Source of the DNA: Treponema sp.
Lineage (GTDB): Bacteria; Spirochaetota; Spirochaetia; Treponematales; Treponemataceae
Direction: 5' to 3'
Length of the DNA: 64,000 bases
Assembly: GCA_024680155.1 (NCBI GenBank)
Contig: JAILCM010000181.1
Location: 902-64,901, forward strand
Within the stretch, counting starts at the first letter, position 1; each line of letters opens with the position of its first letter. Shown in pieces: positions 57,119 through 64,000 of this stretch. Made by a program: the position numbers and the translations under genes. The notes beneath the pieces are model-generated. The model worked only from the letters and a program-made list of their open reading frames with translations. It was not told the DNA's origin and searched no databases.

Positions 57119-60100
57119 TTATAAAGGTATTTTTATAAAATTGCCACTAAAATTAGTTAATTTATCGCAAAATATAGCTTTTGAACACTCATTTTTTGCG
57201 TTTTCGCTCAATCTTTGGGCTGCAAGTTTTACATCGGCGGAAGTTACTGCAAAAAGTCTCTTTATTCTGAGCCGGCGTAATTCCTGTGGATTTGCATAAA
57301 GCATACTCATAAGCCCGCGTTCACCTTTATCTTTTGGAGTCGCAGGGGTAATTGCATCCCCATAAATAGAAACGATTGTTTTTTCTATATCATCTGCCGG
57401 AATATCGATTTTTGAAAGTTCATCCAAAGAATCCACATAAACTTGCAGAGATTTATCTGGTGTAGGATCGCGGTAAGTGTACATTAAAAATGAATTTTCA
57501 CCACTGTCTGTCCAAGTTCCTGCTCCATAAGCTCCACCCGAAGTTCTGATTTTATCCCACAAAGTATGCATGCTGAACCAGCTTGAAAAAACCTGTTCTG
57601 CGGCAGACTCTTTTGTAAGATAATTTGAAGATTTAATTCTGCTTGCGGCATATCCAGTTTGTGAATCAACTTGAAGAATCTGACATTCCGGCGAAGTTAC
57701 AGTCTGATATTCGTAAACAAATGGCAGCAATTCTTCAAGCGTGAGTTTTTTTGCAGGAACAAGCTTTTTAATTTTTGCTTCAACGGCAAATTTCTGTACA
57801 AAAGGCATCATCGTTTTTAAGGAATCTTCATCGGCGGTAATGTGAATAATTCCACCGTTTGCAAGACAAGCTTCGTAAATCTGTTTGAATGTTTTTAAAA
57901 TTTTGGAATAATCCTTCTTTATATATGAATCTATTGTCTGCAGCTGGGTCAATCCCCACATAATTTCGTTCAAAGCCTGATTAGCAGACGAACCTGCACG
58001 AACACGTTTTATAGCATAATCTCTTCCGCTGTTTATAAGGTTCGCTTTTTTTTCGGATTTAACTTCCTGCACAAGAGTATCGAAACGTTTTTTATCATCA
58101 AAACTCATGCCGTTTATAATTTCGGCCATAAGTTCAAAAGTTTCCTGAACACGTTCAGTTAAAGCTTTGCAAGAAAGTCCAAGCCAGTTTCTTCCGCAAA
58201 TATTCAAATCTTCATATTTTTTTGCAAATTCGCGGCATTCAGGAACATCAATTACAGTGCCGCATAAAGTTCTTCCCCAAACATCGCCCATAATTCGTGA
58301 AGATTCAATAACACATTCATCCCATTTTTTGCCGTTCCAGCCCATATTTGTAATTACGTCAGAAAGCATTGGAACATATTTATACAGTGAAGGTTCAAGC
58401 GTATCAAACGGGAAAAGAACATCCATATAAAAAATGCCGTTTGTATTTTCTTTGCTTATAAAAAGCGGAACATTAACGTCACCCTCGCCTTTTACAAATT
58501 CAAGTTTTGTTTCTATAAGTTCAACATTTTCGTCCAAAGAAGAAAGTTTTGTTGTTGGAATACATTTTGTTTCTTCAGGAGTTTCAATTTTCTGCTGATA
58601 AGTGTGGAGTTCATCAAGCTGCTGCTGCAATTTCTGGCGATCAAGTCCAACTGATTTTTGTTCAATCAATTTTTTTTCGGCTTCCTGTCGATTTTTTAAG
58701 AATTCCGCACTTGGTTCCTGAATAACTTTGATTGTAACAGGATTATCTATAAAATATTTTTTAATCAGTTTTTTTGTAAAATCTTTATCTTCTTTTAGTT
58801 TTTGCTTTAATTTTACAAATTCTGAAATTGGAGAAAGACACATTGAACAGGCATTTCCGTTACACCAGCCTTTAAGCGCGTTTTCCATAAGAACAATCGA
58901 AAAAGGTCCCCAGTAACGATGAGTTTCCCTAAGTTGAAAATCCAGGCCCATCACGGCAGATTCAATTTCTTTCTGGCTGAATCCATTTTTATAAACCTGA
59001 TTTATGATTTTCTGCACAAGTTCAATGACTTTTTTTTCTTTTCCTTTTTTTACGCCCCACAAACCTGCATAAAAGAATTCTTCTTCAAACTGGCCAAAGT
59101 TTCCGCTTGCAACGTCATCACCAAGTCCTGATTCAATTAATCCTTTGTGTAAAGGCGCACTGTCATTTCCGCAAAGAACTTCCATCAAACACATTTTTTC
59201 TATATTAGTTTTGCCTGTGTACCAGCTTAAAGAAACATAACTTCCTGTAGCTCCAGTTTCGGGTGCAAAACCTTTTATTTCAGCTGATTGAGTACGCTTT
59301 TTAAGAACTGCAAGATTTTTGATTTCTGGTTTTATAAGCGGCAGTTTTGATTCAGCATTTGGAATATCGGCAGTGCAATTATATTTTTGTTCTAGCCGGC
59401 TGATAAATCGTTCTGCAAAAAAATCAATCTGACGGTCGGTTGGTAAATTTCCGCATAAAAACAAAAGACAATTATCTGGACTGTAAAATTTCTGATGAAA
59501 AGCAAGAAATTCTTCGTAAGTCATTGTTGGAATTTCAAGAGGATCTCCACCCGATTCATAAAATGGAAAACTATCCGGGAACATTGCCGCAAGATGATTA
59601 GAAAATGCAACCTGATTAAAAGTTGAATAAGGAGCCTTCATTTCGTTATAAACAACGCCCTGAATGCTTACATTGCCCTTTTCGTCTAGTTCAAGCCGGT
59701 GCCCTTCCTGAATAAAGGTCTGATAATCAAGTTTTGGGAAGAAAACAGCATCGGCATAAACGTCCATCATCGTAAAATAATCGTCTGGAACAACGGAGGC
59801 TCCAGGATAGACAGTTTTATCTGGGTAAGTAAACGCGTTCAAAAATGTGTTTAAGCTTGTTGCCGCAAGTGTATTAAACGGCTCTTTTAAAGGATATTTT
59901 TCGGACCCGCAAAGAACGGAATGTTCCATAATATGGGCAAAACCTTTGGAATTCTTTTCTACAGTGCGGAATGCAAACGCAAAAGTATTTTCTTTATCAT
60001 CATTTACAATATGGTAAACTTCTAAACCAGTACGTTTGTGGCGAAGATAAACGCCCTTTGCCTTAAAATCAGACAAATCATCCACAGCAAGCAGAATAAA

Positions 60101-60151
60101 GTCCTTATAAGACTTGCCGACATTTTGTGAGTCCAAAAAATTAAATGACAT
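57119..60151 (-). CDS. M16C (insulinase/PreP-like) zinc metallopeptidase
   Basis: HIMEH inverted zincin motif, NAFTYPDKTVYP, GVVYNEMK, IRTSGGAYGA, YRDP. Confidence 0.93.
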   Translation of the reverse strand: MSFNFLDSQNVGKSYKDFILLAVDDLSDFKAKGVYLRHKRTGLEVYHIVNDDKENTFAFAFRTVEKNSKGFAHIMEHSVLCGSEKYPLKEPFNTLAATSLNTFLNAFTYPDKTVYPGASVVPDDYFTMMDVYADAVFFPKLDYQTFIQEGHRLELDEKGNVSIQGVVYNEMKAPYSTFNQVAFSNHLAAMFPDSFPFYESGGDPLEIPTMTYEEFLAFHQKFYSPDNCLLFLCGNLPTDRQIDFFAERFISRLEQKYNCTADIPNAESKLPLIKPEIKNLAVLKKRTQSAEIKGFAPETGATGSYVSLSWYTGKTNIEKMCLMEVLCGNDSAPLHKGLIESGLGDDVASGNFGQFEEEFFYAGLWGVKKGKEKKVIELVQKIINQVYKNGFSQKEIESAVMGLDFQLRETHRYWGPFSIVLMENALKGWCNGNACSMCLSPISEFVKLKQKLKEDKDFTKKLIKKYFIDNPVTIKVIQEPSAEFLKNRQEAEKKLIEQKSVGLDRQKLQQQLDELHTYQQKIETPEETKCIPTTKLSSLDENVELIETKLEFVKGEGDVNVPLFISKENTNGIFYMDVLFPFDTLEPSLYKYVPMLSDVITNMGWNGKKWDECVIESSRIMGDVWGRTLCGTVIDVPECREFAKKYEDLNICGRNWLGLSCKALTERVQETFELMAEIINGMSFDDKKRFDTLVQEVKSEKKANLINSGRDYAIKRVRAGSSANQALNEIMWGLTQLQTIDSYIKKDYSKILKTFKQIYEACLANGGIIHITADEDSLKTMMPFVQKFAVEAKIKKLVPAKKLTLEELLPFVYEYQTVTSPECQILQVDSQTGYAASRIKSSNYLTKESAAEQVFSSWFSMHTLWDKIRTSGGAYGAGTWTDSGENSFLMYTYRDPTPDKSLQVYVDSLDELSKIDIPADDIEKTIVSIYGDAITPATPKDKGERGLMSMLYANPQELRRLRIKRLFAVTSADVKLAAQRLSENAKNECSKAIFCDKLTNFSGNFIKIPL

Positions 60152-60196
60152 TTTAAGTTCCTTTTAGCCCAAATTTCTAGAATGCAAATTTTAAGC

Positions 60197-62026
60197 CTAG
60201 CGTTTTATTCTAAAGAACTGGAAATCTCCCGGAATAAGTCGAGAACGGAAAACAGCTTCTTCTTCCTTGCTTTTCCAATCCAGTGGATGCACGTAAAGCG
60301 GAGGAATTTCTGATGGGCGGAATTTTGGAACTTCCGGACTATCGTTTATAAATTCAAGCGCACTCACCTTATCTTTAATATGAATATCAAAATCTACAGG
60401 TGAACATCCATCACTAGTATAACAATATACGCCAAAAGTGTCATTGTCATAAGTAAATAAAGATACGCCATTTGTACCAGAAATCCAGACTTTACCGCTG
60501 CCCAAAAGCTCATAACGGATTGAAGTAAGAACATCTTGAGGAAGGTCTTTGATTTTACTTGGAACGTCAGGAAGATTTATAACTTCAAAAATGCCCTCGC
60601 CGTAAGTGTCGAACATGATGATGCTTTCATGGTATTCGCCGTGGCCTGCGTTTACTTTTGACCAGGTTGCATTATTTCTGTGTTCCAAAAGCGGGAACGA
60701 AATTAAACTGCTGCTTTTTACGTAAGACCTTCCATACAAGCCCTGCACGGTAACCTGGAATTCATCTGCATCGAGCCTGCGACCATTGTAACGGATGGAT
60801 GTAAGTTCTGTAATTTGCGGATATTTTTCTAAAGCGCCAATCATAAAGCCTGATGTAACGATTACTTTTCCACCTTTTTCTACAAAGGCACGTACTTTTT
60901 CTACAATTTGAGTGTCTTTTAAGGCAGCCGCAGTAAGGAAAACTGAGCAGGATTTTTGTGAGGCATCTTTACTAGAGCCGGAATCTTTTTTGCCCACCAC
61001 AGAAGATGCTGAAGGAAAATCTGGGGTTGGTTCAAAAGGCACTCCAATCATTCCAAGATAATCTTCAAGATGATCTTCTCCCTGCGAATTAAACGGAATG
61101 TAAACCGGAAGCCCAACAGGATTTCCACACTGCCCCAAAATGTAGTCCAATTTTTGATACTGGAAGCCAAGCGGAGTTGCGCGTTTATTATTGTAAATTG
61201 CACTCCAGCAAAACATCATAATTTCTTTTGATTTTGCAAAAGCTGTAAGGTATGCCTGTTCAAGATAAGAGTCTATTCTGTCACATTCAAAAGGATCAAA
61301 CCAGCCGCCGCCATTTCTGTCTGGAGCAACATTTTCCATATAACGCGGCAAAGAATAGCTTAAATAACGTGGCAAATGCTGATCCTGCTGAGCTCCGTGA
61401 CGAGTTTCTGTTCCAGTATAGATTGAATCAAAAATATTACGCTGTTCACCAGGATTGTATCCTGTTTCCTGGTAGCTTTCACGCCAGTTAGGGTATTTTA
61501 TAATGATTTTTACGTTCGGATTTACCTTTTTTGCAGGCTTAATAATCAGGTTTTCAGAAACTTCCATCATTTTTGCAAGACGGAATTCTTCCCAGAAACG
61601 ATTTCCCTTTTCGCGGCGGCAATCTTCGCACATACATTGTGTAAAGAAAAAGTCGTCAATAATAAATTCGTCAAAAAGAGAAGCCGTAAACTCGCTCACT
61701 TCTTTTAAGCGTGCACGCATTGGTTCGTTACAATAGCAGAAAGTTTCAAAAAGGCGGTGACGTTTTTTATCGCTTTCGTTCAAGTCTGGGGTAACTGTTG
61801 TAATTCCACCGCTAACTTCAATTCCGTATTCAGAAAGTACACACTTAATCATCTGAATTTGCTCTTTTGAGGCAAAATTTCCGCGGTAAGTTTCAAGATA
61901 GACTTTATCTATTCCAACATATTTTTGAAGCCATTCTGTTTCATGGCGTAATTTTTCTTCTGTAACATGAGCTGCCCATTGAGCAACACAATATGTAACC
62001 GATTTAAAATTTTTGTAATATGACAT
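60197..62026 (-). CDS. Putative glycoside hydrolase-like protein (TIM barrel plus GATase-like trimerisation domain)
   Basis: IIDDFFFTQCMCEDC (CxCxxC as in GH42-like families) and FVEKGGKVIVT (class-I GATase-like GG motif). No signal peptide. Confidence 0.45.
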   Translation of the reverse strand: MSYYKNFKSVTYCVAQWAAHVTEEKLRHETEWLQKYVGIDKVYLETYRGNFASKEQIQMIKCVLSEYGIEVSGGITTVTPDLNESDKKRHRLFETFCYCNEPMRARLKEVSEFTASLFDEFIIDDFFFTQCMCEDCRREKGNRFWEEFRLAKMMEVSENLIIKPAKKVNPNVKIIIKYPNWRESYQETGYNPGEQRNIFDSIYTGTETRHGAQQDQHLPRYLSYSLPRYMENVAPDRNGGGWFDPFECDRIDSYLEQAYLTAFAKSKEIMMFCWSAIYNNKRATPLGFQYQKLDYILGQCGNPVGLPVYIPFNSQGEDHLEDYLGMIGVPFEPTPDFPSASSVVGKKDSGSSKDASQKSCSVFLTAAALKDTQIVEKVRAFVEKGGKVIVTSGFMIGALEKYPQITELTSIRYNGRRLDADEFQVTVQGLYGRSYVKSSSLISFPLLEHRNNATWSKVNAGHGEYHESIIMFDTYGEGIFEVINLPDVPSKIKDLPQDVLTSIRYELLGSGKVWISGTNGVSLFTYDNDTFGVYCYTSDGCSPVDFDIHIKDKVSALEFINDSPEVPKFRPSEIPPLYVHPLDWKSKEEEAVFRSRLIPGDFQFFRIKR

Positions 62027-62189
62027 AAAAACCTCTCAAAATTGATGACCGCCGCCACCACAATAATTTAATTATACAGCGGGATTTTAAATAAAAGAGA
62101 TTTAAATCTATCTAAAAATTGTAAAAATCTTTACAAAAAGGCAAAGAGCGACAACACGAATAATTGATTAGGTGAACAATACAATAAGT

Positions 62190-63566
62190 CTACACAAAAA
62201 CATCGTCGTTGCGGTCTTTGATGATTAAATGGCCTGTTTCGTAGGCGCGACGGAGCACACTGTAAAATTGAGAAGTTATTCGTTCACAGTCAGAACGTCG
62301 CATTGGTTTTAAAATATCTTCCTGAGAAAGCACTTCACTTCGGCGGCCACTGGATATATTATCCAAAACTTTACTTCTAAAATCATCAGGCTTTCCGGCA
62401 ATTAAATAGGCAATATCAATTTCTGTCATTTCACGGAGCTTTTCCTGAACAAAACGGTCATCAGCTTTAATTACATCGTCCATTGTAAACAGACGGCTTC
62501 TTAAATCCTGGCCTAAATCCGGGTCGTCTTCCGACAAATAAGAAAGAATATCGTTTTCGGCGCTTACATCCATTTTTTTGAGGATTTGAGCAAGGGCATT
62601 TCTTCCGTCTATATTTTCTGCTTTTTCTGTAGTTTGTGTAAGCGATTTTTCGTGCATTGCCTGATCCACACGGCGGATAATATCGGGATTCACAGGTTCC
62701 ATTTTTGCAAGCCGCATTACAACTTCTCTTTTTTCATCAGCCTTCATCTGATTTATAACTGCAGCAGCTTTTTTTGGTTCCAGATGAGAAAGTACCATCG
62801 ACTGAACACCAACATTTTCATCTTTTAAGAGAAGATAAATTCGTTCCGCGTCTGCATCGTTCAGATAATCAAAAGGCTTTTTACCTTCAAGCGGCATTGT
62901 TTTTTTAATCATCTCGTCGGCACGTTTTTTACCGTAAGCCTTTACAAGCATTTCGCGTGCAGTTTCTACACCACCGTTTTGACGAGACTTTTCCAGAAGT
63001 GAATTAAATTCCGCAAGAATTACCGACGCTTCTTCTTTACTTACAGTTCTGATTGAAGCAATTTCCGGAATGATTTTTTCTATTTGAGTTTCGGAAAGAT
63101 GAGGAAGGATTTTTGCCGCTTCATCTTCACCAATTAAAAGAAGGAATTTTGCAACGCGACGATAAACCGAATCTGAACCATCCGGCTTGCTTTCTTCAAC
63201 AGGAACTTTTATAAGTCCGCCGCTTTTTAAGAAATCAGTTGCATTTTCAAGACGAACAGAATTTGGAGTCTCTGATTTTGATTGAGAGATGTCAGATGAA
63301 GTCATTTTTGTAAAGGAAGATTTTCCATCAGAACCAGTTGTAGCGCCCGCCCCTGTTCCAATTCTATTTGACTCTGTTCCAATTCCGTTTGCACCACTTC
63401 CAACGCCTGCTCCAACGCCAGCCACATCATCTTTATAAAATCTTTGCGGCATAAACGGCTTTACAGTTTTTGCAGAATTTATTGAACTGTCAATTTTTTT
63501 TGAAGAACCACTACCTTCCTTACCAGTCTGACTGTAAGCGTTCGCCCTTAAATCGTTGTAATTCAT
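62190..63566 (-). CDS. FliG-like flagellar switch paralog with a low-complexity N-terminus
   Basis: VAKFLLLIGEDEAAKIL, GGVETAREML, PFDYL, LFTMDD FliG-type motifs. Located outside any flagellar operon. Confidence 0.8.
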   Translation of the reverse strand: MNYNDLRANAYSQTGKEGSGSSKKIDSSINSAKTVKPFMPQRFYKDDVAGVGAGVGSGANGIGTESNRIGTGAGATTGSDGKSSFTKMTSSDISQSKSETPNSVRLENATDFLKSGGLIKVPVEESKPDGSDSVYRRVAKFLLLIGEDEAAKILPHLSETQIEKIIPEIASIRTVSKEEASVILAEFNSLLEKSRQNGGVETAREMLVKAYGKKRADEMIKKTMPLEGKKPFDYLNDADAERIYLLLKDENVGVQSMVLSHLEPKKAAAVINQMKADEKREVVMRLAKMEPVNPDIIRRVDQAMHEKSLTQTTEKAENIDGRNALAQILKKMDVSAENDILSYLSEDDPDLGQDLRSRLFTMDDVIKADDRFVQEKLREMTEIDIAYLIAGKPDDFRSKVLDNISSGRRSEVLSQEDILKPMRRSDCERITSQFYSVLRRAYETGHLIIKDRNDDVFV

Positions 63567-64000
63567 TTTTGTTCAGCATCCAGAATTGAAGAAATAGTTT
63601 CGCACACTTCTTTAAGTTTGATTGGCTTTGTAAGATAACCATTCATTCCATACTCAAACGCCTTAAACCTGTCTTCTATGAACGCATTTGCAGTAAGAGC
63701 TACAATTGGAATTTCGGCAAGATCTTTATTTTCAAACGAACGGATAATTGTAGTTGCTTTGTAACCGTCCATAAGCGGCATTTGAATATCCATAAGAACT
63801 AAATCATAATAGCCTTTTTTAGAAACACGAACTTTTTCTATAGCGTAAGTTCCATCGGTAGCTTCGTCAACAATAAAACCAACACTTTGCAAAAGTTCTG
63901 TAGCAACTTCGCGGTTAAAGTCATTATCTTCAACAAGAAGAACGCGTTTTCCTGTAAAATCAATCTTTTTACCTTCCGAAATTACAGCTTCTGGAACAGC
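63563..64000 (-). CDS. C-terminal receiver domain of a hybrid sensor kinase/response regulator, partial
   Basis: The frame stays open to the window edge: ...GKRVLLVEDNDFNREVATELL...DLVLMDIQMPLMDG...ALTANAF...GMNGYLTKP. Confidence 0.88.
   Translation of the reverse strand, partial: AVPEAVISEGKKIDFTGKRVLLVEDNDFNREVATELLQSVGFIVDEATDGTYAIEKVRVSKKGYYDLVLMDIQMPLMDGYKATTIIRSFENKDLAEIPIVALTANAFIEDRFKAFEYGMNGYLTKPIKLKEVCETISSILDAEQK

Overview
AT-rich bacterial chromosome segment, very probably from a gut or rumen Treponema (Spirochaetota). This is inferred from the ~900-aa spirochete-type GreA, an orphan FliG paralog, many lipoprotein/TPR genes and the recA-folK-scpAB-rluB-cmk-rpsA block. About 50 kb is housekeeping: a suf Fe-S cluster split by an antisense ABC exporter, tRNA-Arg(UCU), rpsA/cmk/rluB/scpAB/folK/recA, rpe, an HD-GYP protein, greA, deoC, a ferredoxin missed by the ORF track, PBP1A, rlmJ, nadE, clpB and an M16 peptidase. 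The accessory part is a visibly more AT-rich, integrase-free island of ~14 kb (42735-56721) that looks like a defence or conflict island with three modules. (i) A stand-alone DxTHG/TM1812-type CARF gene is coupled to an orphan sigma70-like factor. (ii) An AbiF/Abi_2 HEPN gene carries a promoter in its last codons that drives a small structured RNA, a candidate RNA antitoxin. (iii) A tightly coupled six-gene operon encodes a DNA2/NAM7-type SF1 helicase, a 649-aa partner, a coiled-coil protein, an ATPase with a ClpB-D2-like active domain, an orphan NrdG-like radical SAM activase and a RavA-derived protein lacking its ATPase core. I do not recognise this six-gene combination as a described system, and it is the best candidate for novelty. 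Also seen: a candidate sigma28-driven sRNA with a C-rich anti-SD loop (31733-31813), a family of GC-rich dispersed palindromic repeats, and a recurring leaderless signature (-10 hexamer exactly 6 nt before ATG at nine operon-first genes). All product calls come from motif recognition only; no database searches were run.
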